Assembly (NCBI RefSeq): GCF_964204645.1
Contig: NC_134036.1
Location: 5,114,600-5,178,599, forward strand
From: Tubulanus polymorphus
Taxonomy: Eukaryota; Animalia; Nemertea
Direction: 5' to 3'
DNA: 64,000 bases
Part shown: piece by piece, positions 25,030-40,306 of the stretch
How positions within the stretch are numbered: the stretch's first letter is position 1
How the letters are laid out: each line of letters starts with the position of its first letter
The notes under the pieces: generated by a model
The model's database searches: none
Told to the model about the DNA's origin: nothing
The model's input: only the letters and a program-made list of their open reading frames with translations
Translations under genes and position numbers: made by a program

Positions 25030-25420
25030 AAAATGTGGAACTGATTCAACAGTAAAACCAAAACCCACACAACTGTGGAACTGTATTCGAAGTCGAATAC
25101 ATCCGACGCAATTGTGGAACTGGATGCTGAATCAAATCAGACTATCGAAACTGAGGGATTGGATCCATAGTCATATCAATCCCACATTAACTGGATTTAG
25201 AGTCAATCAAAAACCACATAACTGAAGATTTGGATTCAGGATCAAATACTACCCTCATGACTGAAAATTGGATTCAGGATCAAATAATACCCACATAACT
25301 GTCGAACTGGATTGAGAGTCAAATTGACCCCACAAAACACTGCGGAGATGGGTCCGGAGTCACATTGGCCCACGCAACACTGTGGAACTGGATCCAGAGT
25401 CAAATTGTGGAATTGGTTCG
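25030..25420. repeat. Degenerate ~38-bp minisatellite
   Basis: About 10 units with core cccacaNaactgtggaactggat(t/c)...gtcaaat. Confidence 0.8.
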
Positions 25421-26220
25421 TGGACAAAATGAAAATGAATCGAACGTTGAACTGAATATTTTGGCACCAAATCTGCTAAATCCCTAAATCAACGGACCAT
25501 GCGCCGACCAATCTGAACACAAACTACATCAGATGAAATGAATGTCGTTTTTCTAATCGGATATTCTTCGAACCAGTGAGATGCTCAAGTAGTTAGCAGA
25601 ATTTCGTTCGGGGGCATTGTTATCTGTTGCATAAGCCTTCGTTTATTAGTAGAAACCACAGCCACCAATTTTTTTTTCCTAACCTGCCTCATTCGCCCAT
25701 GAGGATATTTTCTGACACAAGACTTCGAGTTTAAAATCATGCTTCGTATTATAACGTCTAATCATCTAGATATGTAGTTTCGTTCTCAACTGATCGACCT
25801 CATCCGTCGTTTACTTAAGATGATTACGGTCAAAGTACTTCGTGTTGGTCTCTTTTGCTTTTGTACACGGTCGACGTTTCCGAATATATCAAAAGACTAA
25901 ATCTCAATTCAAATTAAACCGGATGAATTTTTTGACTTTCTGGCGACGGCAAGGTGCTAAGCTGAGCGACATGCCGTCATTGAAGCTAAAAGTTTAAATC
26001 ACACATTATCAGCCGCTGTTTTGGAAATCTCTATCCGGCCCCGTTGAATCGCGTGAATCTCGTTGAATTTGCAAACAAAAATCATCGCTGTTTCGTTTCA
26101 ACTATATGCTAATATTCTATGTATCTATGCTAAATCGATGTAAAAACGCCAAAATTCGTCATCGGATCATCCCCAAACGTCGAAGAACAGTGTGAATTCG
26201 TATCCCGGTCGATGTGTCTT

Positions 26221-26315
26221 ACTTTTCAAATCATTCACCTTAAATCGAATATGCAACTATAGCAGGTGCGACTGAATCTCGATCGGCTTCGTCGTTCGAC
26301 ATAATGATATATAAT
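26221..26315 (-). promoter_or_regulatory. Candidate TATA, Inr and non-coding first exon of knottin gene 3
   Basis: Minus strand reads TATATAtc, ~30 nt, TTCAGTC, then gaaaa|gtaaga (donor 26222). Same layout as genes 1 and 2 but little sequence identity. Confidence 0.4.
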
Positions 26316-26617
26316 ATAAAACATCGACCGCGATAACAGCGGTTTTCAAACAATCGAGCGACTTGATCTATCGGCGTAGTCGATTATTCAGCTGCGTCGA
26401 GTGATGGGAATTTGAATCCACTTTCATCCTCTTGCATCCACCAGAATCCACCGTCTACTCCGACAGAAGTGGTTTTCAAAAATCGAATACTCGATTTGGC
26501 TTAGTGGTAATTCTTAGCGATGGAAATTCGAAACCACTTCCACAATTGAATGCTAACATCCAACACATGAAATGTCAATAGTTTTACGTAAATGCAGTTA
26601 TCGATATTTCAAAAATA

Positions 26618-27427
26618 TCGACCGCAACGGATCGGACCCGACAACCACCACTGAGAAGGCAGTGTTTATAAACCTCATCCGCGGTGTAAATACATCCATC
26701 ACGCCGATTACAAACCGTTTCACGTGAATCTGTATCTACAGATCACGACTTACGTTATTTTCAGCATCGCCATCTTCGGTTCCGGTACGAATTTACTGTC
26801 TCTCGTCATTCTCAGTAAGGAGCAGTCAAACAACACCAGTATATTCTATTTGAGATATTCTATTTAAGATGTTTGGCCGTTGTGGACAAGTTTATTTGTC
26901 TGTCTTAAATAGTATTTCACTTTCAGTATCGGCTCTACAGTCACACATTGTTACTGGTCATGTCTGTTCAAAAAACCACGTTATGAAGCGCATGTATGCG
27001 TACACTAAACACATTCGACTTTTGTCCTCGGATGTCAGTGATCTGATAACATGTTTGATAGCTATACACAGATAGATCGTTGTTTGTTGGCCTCAAAAAG
27101 CTCAAAGAATTATAGATTTGGAAATAATGTTTTGTTAACATCATTTTCGTTTCAATAATTCCTGTCTCTGACGTCACAAAATTTCAAGTATAAAGCTACT
27201 AACTATACCCGTAATCTGTGCACTGGACACGAGAGATGGACTCAGAATTTGACTCCATTTGCTAGGAATATTCATCTCAGATATTATGAGATATTTGTCC
27301 ACGCTCCATTTTTTTTCTATAATCCCGGCAGTGATAGTTGGTGTAATAACTATCCTATTGATTTTCACGTTAATATGCGCAGGAGCAGCGAGAAAAACCA
27401 TGTCTACAAATAATCAAGCTGCTAACC

Positions 27428-27460
<33 letters not shown>

Positions 27461-27710
27461 GTGACCGTAGTTTAACTCTGACGTTAGTTCTCATTTCATG
27501 TTTCTTTTTACTAAAAAATCGTTTTCATTACGAGGTGCAATTATCAATAATCCAACATCTACTCTTAATGGCAAAATTGGAAAAGGCTCTTCAGCAACTA
27601 TAATGAAACAGATTTTTTATGTAGTCTCAATGATCGTAGGGTGTTGTAGTTTCGTCATTCAATGCGCGTAGAGGCGTAGCTTTCGAAATCTGACCGAAAG
27701 CGATCTTATG
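26618..27710 (+). pseudogene. GPCR pseudogene, near full length
   Basis: Colinear with intact copies, but with several frameshifts, a short duplication (atattctattt twice at ~26841-26865), DRY changed to HR-stop at ~27075, and a stop in helix 8. Confidence 0.92.
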
Positions 27711-29311
27711 CTCGAAGCTGAATCGTCACTATATTGTAACTAGAACAATGCAGCAACATATCGCTAAAGATTTCTAACCCCTACGCATTTGCGGTACCGA
27801 TTCCCGATCCAGGAGACATACTTGTAATACTCCTGTAAATGCATGAATAGAACACAGACTTGGTTTCCATAGACAAGTGGCTGTCCAATATCAATAGTAG
27901 ACAAAAACCCACAATAAAAAGAAAAACTATCTGTTAGCTTAACGTTTCAACTCAATTCTATGAGCCATTTTCAAAAACTAAATCATGTGAAAACACAGAC
28001 TTGTTGCTAGATATTTTCAGGGTTTTCACGCACCAAGCGCATATATAATGAATGACCATCGGTTTCGTGCGCGAATTCGAAAATATCGATTTTGATGGTT
28101 CGGCAAATATCGATTTGATGGTTCGACCAGAAGAATGTGCGTATCATCCGATTCATTTGCGAACGATCAATCGAAATAATAAACCATCTTACAGTTGCTA
28201 GCCGCCATTTTGTTAGGGTACTTTTGTCCCGTATTGTTGGGTAGTTTTTTTCTCTTTTATAAAAACTATCCTAAATATCTAAATAACGATTTATTCATTT
28301 TTTCGAAATCTAAAGTGACATTTTTACGGAAAATCAGTCGTGACGTATTTTGACATTTTTCCTCGAGGATTTTCATATCTTAAAAAAGCTTTGTCACGCG
28401 GAGTTTCTTTTTTGATAAATATTTCAAGAAGTATCGCGACCTATCAGTGATTGGGCATTTCAGAGACTGTAAGACAGACAGCTTTAAAGCGCTTCGTTCC
28501 AGTTTAAACATCCACCTCCGACTAGTTCGCCATCTGGCGGAAAATTAGTTATGAAGGTCTACTTCATGATTTCATGCCAGGGAATGAGTTTTAAACGCAA
28601 AGGAATCATTTGCTAGAAAGTTTTAGCGGGCTGTTACGCCGTGAACAAAGATGAATTTTCGGGCTGTTTTTTTTTTGTTTGTTCAATCTTTGGTCAAGAT
28701 AATTAAGTCTTCTTTGCGTGCTCCTCGGCGAGGAATGACGGTCACGTCGGTCCATTATGAAGAAAATCACTGTTTTGAAACGTTCGTTAACCGTTGTTAA
28801 CGAATGGTTTATTTTCCCGATTATGATGAAGTCAACTGGTTATGCATACAAAGCGCCCCAGAAATATCCACTTTAATCCGCAGGGTTAATACATCGAAAA
28901 TCATTAAGTCAACGCCCATGAACTAACGACGAGAATATGTTCTTTTAAATTTGGAACCACTAATTTCACTATATTTTTGGGGCATATCGGAAAGACGAGA
29001 CTGGACACTCAACCCGCTTTAAAGCTTCAACCCGAATCTACTCTTTTCTGGCTCGAAAACAAAGCACCTTTGGCCTCTAATTTTCTTATTTTCCTTAGTG
29101 CTTTGCTTTGAATTTTATTTTAATTTGATAACCTACTTATCATCTTTTTTTTATAGAATAAACGAAAAAGTGTTCTTTTTTTGTATTTTTAGGACGACGG
29201 TACGTAGTACACGTCGTCCTATTAAACAGTTTCTTTCCTTAAAGTTTCTTTTGTACCCGTGCTCGCGCTGTGGTGATTATATTCACATGCGTATACGCAA
29301 GGTGGATGCCA

Positions 29312-32300
29312 TTAATGTTTTCGATTTCGGCTGCGTTTAGTTTTTGCTCTTATCGATTTCATATCGATAGTCAGTATTGTGTAAAGAAGGGGATTGAGGG
29401 ACGAGTTGATCGGTAGGAAAAGAACCGCCAGCCAAGCCGCCACCTGATTCGGTATTTCTACCCGCAATACCGCGCAAAACTGAACGATAATTAACGGCAG
29501 CCAGCAAAATAGATTACACAGATTTATCACCAAACTCCTGCGGGCTAAAATCAGTTCGGTGGGATCAGCTCTACCCGAACCAGACCTGCTTCCAGATACG
29601 AGTCGGTACATTTGAGCATAGGTCGCCATTATGATAGCAAGTATGACAGAGTTGGACAAAGAAAAGATAGTAAATGAATATTGCCAGGCGTTGACATCGA
29701 TTGAAATTAGGTTTAAGGGTATACAAACTCCTGTAGTACCGTAGAAATGATCCCCAAAATAAGATAACTGTGACAGCGGTATTATAGAAATTGTACCTAA
29801 GGCCAACCAACATATGCAGGACATAATTGACACATATCTCGGAGATGTAATCGGGCTTCCAGAAAATGGATTAACAATATTTGAGAATCTATGACGTGTA
29901 AGAATAAATAGAAACGTCAATGAGCCTTCACAAGAAATAGTCACTAAAGCACCTGCAAAACTGCATAATGAACTGTCCGTCCAAGTTTCAGAATTTAGGA
30001 AATAAACTCCTTTATAAACATAATCTGCCCCCGCAATCAAAAACAAATAAATCGACATCATAAAATCACAAGCTGCGATGTTGATGATGAGGATGTCAGA
30101 GGATGTGTTACGCTTTTCGGAGGATGAAAGTCGAATTGATCGAAAACGAAATAAAATGACGATACTGTTCGCGAGGAAACTGAATGAAGCGATGACCCAG
30201 ATGATAGCTCTGAGAACTGTGTTACCCATCAGATCAGAACAGGAGGAAAATTGATCAGCTTTGGGAAGGCACTGGTCAACATTCGGAGCCATGCAACAAA
30301 ATTTGAAAGCATCAGACGTTAGCGAGACTAATGATGTCAGATTGTCGAAAACGCCCGTTTCTGTAGAAATGAAATTAGAGTTGTTGGTTATATCTAGAAT
30401 TCTAAGTTTTGCTAATCCTGAAAAAGCATATCGTGAAATATGATGGATTCTGTTACTGCTGATATTCAACGACTGTAATGTAGATAAACCTCGAAATACA
30501 TTTCCACCGAGCACCAACAACCTAAGCTCGTGAAGATCGAGAAATGTAATTGATTTCAAGTCTTGGAAGGTGTCGTCCTCGAAATGGCGTAGTGGATTTT
30601 CAGTAATTAACAACTCTTTCAAACGATACAAACCGGTGAATGTATCTGTAGATAATGATGTTATGTTGTTATATGTAAGATCTAATGTATGTAGATTATG
30701 CAGGTTTGAGAACGTGTATGGTAAAATATAAGACAATTTGTTGGAAGAGATGTTGAGCATTCGAAGATAAACGAATGAGGAAAACGTTGACTTACTTAAA
30801 ATAATTCTGTTATTCGATAAAATCAAAACTCTAGTTGACGCCGAGAAAAGATCGGTAATATTTGTTAAACTAGAATTTCCACAATCGATCAAATGACCCT
30901 GGCGCTTACAGCCACTAGGACACGTGACATTACAGAAAGCCTCGTCATCTGTAGTATGTTTACAATTTACAAAACCGTCACAAACTTCTGATTGTGGGAT
31001 ACATCGATTTTCCTGACCACATTTAAACATTCCTGGACAAGAAAATGTCTCGCAGTTTTGTTCATCTTCTGAATTAGGACAATCTGATTGACCATCGCAC
31101 ACCTGTCTGATTGGTATACAGTACGATGCTGGACATTTAACAGTACTAGCTGGACATTCAAATTCTTCACATCTCAATACGTGCTCAAGATTTCTACAAA
31201 CCGGGTAACCATTTTTCATTCTTTCCAGAATACATATGTGACGTCTTGAATAACAATGAGGAGAATTGAAAGAACATCTTTGTTCGTCAGAATCTGTACA
31301 GAGATTTGTGAAGTTAGTCATACAGTGGTTTTCATTGTTGCAATAAACAGTAGGATTCACTGTAACATTAGTAGTTGTTACTAATTCATCTTCTTCGAGG
31401 CTTCCACTACAATCCACGACACCATCCTGATACAACTGAGAACTGATACAGTCTCCACTGTCACACAGGAATCCCTGGCACATTTGAGTGGTGCATCCGA
31501 TTTCATCGGAACCGTCTTTACAATTAGTAACATCGTCACATCTGTTAGACCTACTTACACATTGACCACTTTTGCAGCGAAATTGTTCAGTCAAACACGG
31601 GGGATGAAAACATGAATTCTCATCTGAGCCATCCACACAATCCTGCATGAAATCACAAAAGCCGCTAACTGATATAACCTGACCATCATTGCAATGAAAC
31701 TGACTGCCTAAATTGATATCCGTACAATTGAGTTCATCTTTACCGCTTTGACAGTCGTGTCTGGTATCACATACGCGATGGTCGCTGATACATCTTTGAT
31801 CGTTACATTTAAACTGCCACGATTTACAACCGCTTATAGAAGTTAACTCGTCATCAGTTACATTGTATGAACACAAAACAGAATGCGCTGTATCTGTCGC
31901 ATTATCAAACTGTTTCATCATCCATTTAACTGATTGAATATAAGTAATTTCATCTCTGGTGATTATTGGGTTTATAACTTGTAGTCTGTCTTTAGAAGTC
32001 ATCGTAAGTATAGAGCTATATTGATGTTGATATTGAAATGTTCTTATTAAGTTAATAGTTTCTATATCTGTGTATCTGTTTATTCCAGTGGCAATTTCAC
32101 CACGGATACTATAACACATGTCTGTCGCAGTTTTCATATCTAAACTTTGATGTTTGTTCCAGTTCGTCATTATTTGATAGCATTGTTTATCTATGCTTAT
32201 CCAACCAATCGTACAGTTCGAATCGTTGAAACCAGTGTCTTGAAATATAGTTTCATGTTTCGAAAACGTGTCTTCTTTCAAATCTGTTACTGTTCTATTT

Positions 32301-35300
32301 TCGATATCAATTCTTGATGTTTCACAAATGAAACTCGTGTGAGTCTCTTCAATCTCGCAAGGGAATCGAATCCAGTTCGCCGATCCTCGTGGATTATTCA
32401 GTATCATCGCTGTACACGGCATATTGACGTCATTTATCGGTTGTTTTCTGGAAGGAGATATCAATCCTCGAATAACTTCTGGTATCGTGTCGTTATTTGT
32501 AGGTCGATACCACTCTGTGTAGCTCAATGGTTTCCCGTCAGTCCACGAGTAATAACCAGATGTGGGCTTGAAAATAATACAAAACTATTGATATATAACG
32601 GATTCGAAATCATCAATAATTTAACAATTGGAAATAGCCCTTAGTGATATAGAAATTTGGAGAAGTGAGTATGATAAGAATATGAAAATGTACCTGCAGT
32701 TTTAATCCAATCATCATTATGAGCGCTTTCTGTATATAAGCCAGTTTGAGTAGTTCGTTGGCAAATAATGTTTTAATGGAAATCATTTCCTGTTCGGAGT
32801 TGATACTGAGTAGATGTCCCGCGTACTTCTGTCTACAATACAATTCAGCATTCTCCAATTTCAGACGTTCATCTCTGATATATTTGACGCATGAAATTCC
32901 CGAATCTAGGAATCCTGATTTACAGACATTTTTACGCTTCATCAGAAAATGCTTCTGTAAAATATATTGAATGCGGAATTTCGGTACAGGGTTTCTCACC
33001 TCAAACCACAGCATATTTTCCTTAAGACTATGAAATACTATTCCTGGTTGGTTGTACGTTTCACATAGTTTAATTTCGTGGTGAATCATGCTATAGCCAG
33101 AGCCCATGATTCTCTGTATGAACACGACCGAGTCCTTTGCCCGTCTGGATTGTTTTTTACACTGCGTCATTTCCATTGTTTTCGTTATAAATCGGTAAAA
33201 TTGCACTGGGGCTATTATCCGGAAGAATCCAATACCGTATATCAATGTAACATCTGAAAATCCAGCTAATCCTGGATAGTTTGGTGACTGTACAATTCCG
33301 CAGTCGCCTTCGCTTTGCTTCCAGCGGTCAATCGGCGCATCATGTCTCAACAATGTTTGACAAATACGTCTGACTTCAATAACAAACGGGTATCTCCAAA
33401 ATAAATCCGCCTTCTTGATTTTGACGGTGTGCAGTACGAGTGTGTTGTTGAGACGCTGGATAGTTAGAGTCACGCGTCTCATACACGATGCATGTGTAAG
33501 AGTATTTCTAGCCACGCACGAGCTGAGTTCATATTCGTGCTGTGATATGACGTAAATTCTGTGTAATGGAACTGCTCGATTTTCGGGTATAATCCTAAAA
33601 CAGTCTGACGTCACTGTAACCTGACGTTCTCCTTCCCGTAGAGTGTAACCGTCACATTCAGTGGGACGTAATATTAAACGATAATCTTCACTCTCACGAG
33701 TTCCATATCCTACTGTGATAACAGATCCACCTGATGTAATCAGACTGACGACCATTCGTCGATAACCCGATGAACCGGGACAATACGGACCGTATCGTCT
33801 AGCCGTGAAATTACCACCGTCGAATATGTAAAATCCAGCTCGCTCGCAGTTCTCTGATAAAACTGTAAGATCGGCTTTATTTTCATTTATTTCAAATTTC
33901 GATTTGGATTCAATCTCGATTACACGATACTTAAATGTATGTCGAGAAAAAACATCGAAGGATCGCACTTTATCACGCGTCATCTGAAACATCAATGAGG
34001 TCATTACATTATAAACATTTTGATTTGTTTTGGATCAATGTACGTATAGGAATTATAAATATCGGAATGTATATCATCGGTGATAAGTTTAGAATTGGTT
34101 TTCGTCATAATCTATAGTAATTGTCTCGAACTCGTTATTTGATGTAATTCGAGGACCCCACACTTTATTCAATTTAATCCCGCTTAAATGATAACGACAT
34201 TTTGCATCAATTTATTAGTGATTTATTTGTGATTTGATCATTATGAGAAGTTCTCACATCCTAAACCGATATAGTTTCACTACTAAAACCATTTCTTGCA
34301 AAGGAACCTTTATCTGTTGATGAAATTAACTCATTAGCTCATTAATCTGATGTTTTTGGATGGAAAGCCATTTTGATTCTGACCAGGTTTCCGTCATCAA
34401 TGCTTGTTGTCTAAAGACCATTAATTATTACATTATATAAATTATCACGTAAATCTCTAAGCTATTGATCCACATTTTCTCGATACTTACTATTGTCTTT
34501 AGGGTGGGTAGTTTCGACATCGATATTGTATCCATTCTGAAGTGAATTCTCAGATTCGATTCCGTGATGTTCGGTCTCGTAAAAACGCACAGTATGACGA
34601 GAAAGCCGTCAGATTTGAAACTCGGTGATTCCAGGTAGTTGTAACCGAGTAAAATATCAGTTCCTACAACGCGTAACCCTTCTAGTTTATATACACCGAT
34701 GACGTCACCGGATGTGACGAGATCACGTGTCCAGTTGAAGACGACGTACTGTAACACCTGCACTGTTATAGACCAGCAGTGTAAGTGTTTTGATCGAGTT
34801 ATTACGTGTAAACTGTTGTCATCGGGAATGAGCACTCCCGGCTCGTTATAAGAGATCTGAATCAACGGATTAGAGACGTTCCAATCTGATATTTTATACA
34901 TCTGGACTAAAAGCTGCGACTTAAATTGCAGTCGACGAGATAGTAGTGATATGACGGTTTTATTTGTTTTAGTATAAAATGATAAAGGTGGATGACCGGT
35001 TTGTTCTCCGATACTACCTATAAGTTCACCGCTGCTGTTCCATCCGTCATGAATTTTAACAGTTGTCGCTGGATCAAGACCCGCTTCTAATCTAAAACTT
35101 AGCTCGATGAAAGTTAAGTTCATAGCAAAACCTTTAGGCAACGGAATCCATTCTAAATCCAAAGCACAATTCTTCAAAGTGCTTATTACATATTCATATC
35201 CGCTTGATGTTTTCAAATCATTCGCTTGAAATTCGTATCTACTGCAGTGATGACTGATTCTTAATCGGCTTCTTTCGTGGCGATATACGACATAAACCCG

Positions 35301-35747
35301 ACTACCTCGCGCACCATCGGGGTTACTCTTAAACATCAACGAGATCGAATCTGTTCGGTAGATTTCATATTTTCCATCACCGCACAATCTGTTGTCAGAT
35401 TCGTAGACGAAAAAATAGTCTTCATTACAGAATATTGACGGCTCGATGTCGTAGTAAACCTGGACGTGAAACGTTCCCGGTAAAGAGCCGTTGATGAACC
35501 AACGACATTCAACACCGCGCGTTAACGACGGGTAATTCGGTGAAACGATGTAACCGGACGTAGAATCTAGCGGGTACCACGTGTTGTTACAAGACGAACT
35601 TACCGTCACAGACGATTCCTCGATAGAGTCTGCGCGATCGGCGCGCGCGATGCGAACTTGACAGACGATCAGCGACGCTATAAACAGCGCTCTCAGTCGC
35701 GGCTCCATACCGAACAACATCACTGAGACAGAATGAACGAAATTCAT
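29312..35747 (-). CDS. GRL101-type LRR/LDLa GPCR with CUB and C-type lectin domains; exons 35747-34491, 33983-32694, 32566-29312 (~1,933 aa)
   Basis: Three ORFs join with phase-0 introns (ATA|gtaagt..tttcag|ATG and CAG|gtacat..ttcaag|CCC). CUB motifs SGYIVSPNYP and GIVQSPNYP. CTL motif WTDGKPLSYTEW, with that domain split by intron 2. About 7 LDLa repeats, LRRs (LxxLDLxxNxI), hinge FKFCC...FSSCSDL, and a 7TM ending PINSSLNPLLY. Confidence 0.9.
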
Positions 35748-37085
35748 TTATTTTCATCCGATCGCTTATTGGCCAGACCAGGGTGCTATTTTATGCAATC
35801 ACAAAATTCGAGCTGACAAATCAAAAAATCTTCAAACGTTGTCAGTGAACATGTGTGCATGTTGGAGTTTGAATAAAAACGAAAAACGCAACCGAATATA
35901 TGATAATATAGAAATTCTTGATTTTCGAGGGTAATCTAGCTCTAGTTTCTTCTCTGATTACGATATGAGTTTAAACAATCATTATTTACTCGAAACATAA
36001 CCGTAAGTTTTACGCGAGTAAGAATATTCGAATACGAATTTCCACATTTTCAATAAGTGTATATATCATCATTTTTTTCTGAAATCAAATCGACAACCTA
36101 TATTTCTTTGTTCTTCGTTTCTTTATTACACGTATTCTAAAAAGCGAATCAGCGCTTATTAGACGAAGTGTGGATTCTAAATCTACAAAATTCTATATAC
36201 AAAATCTCATTAAGACATCGAAAGCGCTAGCTGTTGATTTAGATCTTTGTTGAAGAGTTCGAAGCTCCGTAGCAGTAAAAACCGTAAAAATCTCATTTTC
36301 TGATGAGTATATGAATTCATTTTTTTAGAGTTTCATATCATACGAAATTGATTTGATTGATATTTAGAATATGAACCGTGAATCAAATACAATCTCATTG
36401 AACACAATTCTCTGATAATGAGCATCATCGAGTCTAGTAGAGGCCATTAGAATATCGGCGCGTATTTATTGCCATGTCTTTAATTTATTCTATTTTACTT
36501 CATTTCCGATAAACTCAGGTCACTAATGTCAATTAGAGCCAAATATATTAACAAGGAAAAAATAGGGAAAAAGCTATACAATGTCGAATATTTATTGCAT
36601 TTCGCATTGTATATGCGTTCTTATAATTCACCCATAGTTTCGCGTACATTTTGGAGGATTTCGTTGCGCACATTTATGTAGAATTCTATTCGAAAAAAAA
36701 ATAAACGCGTGTCTTTCGAAAGTTCCTTAAATCGCGCTAGCGAAGCGTGGAATCCGAACGTCATTAAGAATCCGACTCGATCTAACGTTAAACTTGAAAT
36801 AATCTGCACCAATCGGTATTTTCTTGAATTCGCCCGAATTAAAAAATTGTCATCGTCGAATAGTATCCCTTTGAGATTTTAGTATTTAGTATCCCTTTGT
36901 TTTATAGAGGGATTTTAGTAAATCCCTTTAAGATTCAAAGTCATATCAGCAGTAAGACAATCTTTACAGTTTTCCATGTGCGTCGGTCTATATCATCTCT
37001 CAGATATGCTGCGCGTCGTTGCAGAATTTTCTACAGAATCGACCCGAATCGAGAGATGGATAAAAAGTACAACTGCAGTCAACTC

Positions 37086-37195
37086 CATTCAGCGAGGCGT
37101 ATATATGTTAAATGCCTGGAAGCAGTTACTGTAAAATCGACTCATTCAGCGAGGCGTATATATGTTAAACGCCTGGGGGCAGTTACTGTAGAATC
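37086..37195. repeat. Two-copy ~56-bp direct repeat
   Basis: cattcagcgaggcgtatatatgttaaaYgcctggRRgcagttactgtaRaatcg occurs twice in tandem. Confidence 0.85.
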
Positions 37196-40100
37196 GGTCC
37201 AAACATTTCTGTGCACGACAGCGGTTTTCAGCATGTATCATGTATCTGTCAAGATCAAATATATTCCCTGATTTCGTGCGCTGTGGTTCGCGTGTTTGTG
37301 AGAACCAGAATTTAGTTAGCGAAAACACCAAGATAGCATACAACGTATCGTAATAGATTTATCCAATTGTAGTATAATTTAATCATTTCCAATGCAATGC
37401 TTCAATACATAGTCAGACTGTTTTCAAATCGATTCGTCAACCTCGGTTCACTTTTCGAGTTTCCGTTGTGGGCTATTTTGTCTATTCTCGGAATGACTAT
37501 CGGGATATAGTTAAAACCTCCAATAAAACCCCTAGCGTAAATAGACATAGAAAATAGAAAGTCCCCGCCATTTAGCCGATACCGAATTCCTGCAGAGCCA
37601 CGATTTTGCATTGAAAATTGCGAGACACTTTATTATTTTCTATAAAAATGTACAGTTTATTGACACACTGTTTTAAGCTCTCAAGGTCAATAACATACCA
37701 ATGAAAATGAATGAAATAACATATCTGTTAAATACTTAATTGGAATTATGAATCAGTTGTATTTGCTAGTTTCACGTATGTTTCATGCGACCAAGGGATT
37801 CAACCGCGAAAGATGTTCAATAAACTGCTTATACCTATCGTACTGATAACGATATAATCAATGATAATGATAATAATATTAAGAATGTAATTTATAAAAC
37901 GCGCTAAATCGAGCCAAACTTCTCAAAGCGCTTTACGTGTGGTACATAAACCCGGTGGGTTTGTAAGGGACGCCAAATCTAAAGAAAAATCGAACGAAAT
38001 CCTACAATCAAGTATTCATGATTTGAAGAGATAAACATCTAAACTAGTTCCTTCTTTCTGCAAATATCGAATTAGTTTTTCGTCAGCTTGCTAACAGCTA
38101 ACAGCATTGAACACGAATAATCTCTCGGTTGTGGGTCAAACACCTTATCCACCATGCCACAGGACAGGACAAAAAGTACTTCTCTCGCGATGTTCTTTCG
38201 TTTCAACTTTGTCGTCGAAAATTCGTATTCGGCGCTTTTTTTTTCAAATTGAACCACCGATTAGATCTCGAATATAGCAATCGGTAGACTTTGTATAATT
38301 CGATCGGAGAAAACATTCGATAAAACCCCGACGGTAGGCCTAGATCCACGTCTAAGAATCGACGAGTGAATATACGAGTAGCGCCGATAAACAGATGGCG
38401 ACGGGTTCTGTTCATTGTGTTCGCAAATAATTCCGATAAGGAATGCGTCATATTCGGTAGACATTCTGTAGACATTCGCTTATCGGGATACAAGCTCCGA
38501 TTCGACGTAGGTTGTTATATTCATACTCGGTTCGCCCGTTTACCATATTCCGGTGGTTTCAGGGTCCATTTTCGTTGATTATATAGTAACACATAGGACG
38601 TGATCGATCGCCTCTAAAGATGAACTTCTCCAAAAAATAATCTAACAACTAGGCTATCTCATGGGATCTATATAACAGTTGTACTGGTGGCTGCCAAAAT
38701 TCGAACTCTCTCACCTTCTACTGGTTTCCCATCTTAACTACTCTCTCCCTCTACCAACTTTCAACCACGTGATCTCTCCCTACCAAATTTAGTATGGTTT
38801 CTACAGAATCAAACTCTCCGACTAGAAATATATTTCCAACCACCAACACTACATACCAAGTTCCTGAATCACGTTTTCTGAATTATTCCCTTAGACTAAG
38901 CTATTTACATTTCTTTTTTTCTTCGTTAAAACCAACTATTCACATTAAATCATTATTTCTATTTGTTTCCCCAGACGTTACTATTTATATAATATTAGAA
39001 TATTTATATCATTATTTAATCAACCCTTGTCAACTATCAGATGCGTATTTCTATTTTCTAATTATTTGACCGGAGATACTAAATATACCAATATTTCGCG
39101 TTGAGACGGTCGTGTTGGCAATTCCGCTAAATGCCTAATCATATTTAAGTGAAACTTATGTGAATAGTTTCTTTACGATAGATATTTCATTTATTCTTCC
39201 AATAGCAAGCTCCATTACAACTACGTCATACCCACTGGATTTAGTTGGCTGACTGAAAAGGTTTGAAGGTTTTTTGCCGCGTATAGAAAAAACAAATACA
39301 AATAATTTCCTTTTCATATAATTTCTCTTTACTATATATACATATATGTATCATAACATTCTTTTTTTTTCATTAAACATTTTTGGGTTTTCTGCTTTTG
39401 AACAGAAAAACCCATCGATATCATTCGGATTATTATCATTATTATCATCATTATTATTTCTATTGTTATAATTACTATTATTATTATTATTCTAAATCAT
39501 TATTAATATCATTACTTTTGTTTTGATTATCATTTTCCTTCCCCTTTCCAAACTGATTGTACTCCCGAAAAGTAACTAAAAACCTTCGGCTCCACTGCTA
39601 CTAAATGGATTTTTACCGAATATTGTAGGGTTTTTCTTAAATCCACTGATTTCATGTATTTTGATTTTGATTGGCCCTCAGTTTATCCTCCGGAGGGGGT
39701 CTAAATTAATTTGAATAGGTCAAATGCTGTACAGTACATGTTTTTAGTGCCTTTTGAGTATTTCATAATTCGTAGCCTTGGAGAACTAGAAACTCTTATC
39801 ATATCGGACGGTTTAAATAGAACATTTACATTTCTAACACAGATTATATTTTGGATATTAAATTTTTCAAATAGTTTTCATGTCCGAAAGCGCCGGTCTG
39901 TCAACATTGAAACTCATCCTGGTTTCCATCTCTGGAATTGGAACGCCCCGTTATTGGGTTTTAATACGATACCCCGGGATTTATGTAAACTACCATTGAA
40001 ATCGAACTTTGCTTTAAGTGACCGTTATTGAAAAGTCTCATAGTGCTTGTTCTTTTATGTGCTATCGATAGTAATTTGTAGGGTCGTATTGTGATGCGTG

Positions 40101-40306
40101 TATAATACATTAATGGTCGTTTTTCCAGTCATATCAGGTTCGAATCTCCGATAATAAAAAATGTTTGATATCTAGTTATAATTTCCATAGAGTTTTATAT
40201 TAATGTTGCTGCTAATCAGACAACCCTTTATCGCTGCTTTGCAGCCATATTTATTATAAACATTAATTTATTACAATCACTATGATATTAGCACGTAGTC
40301 GACTCG

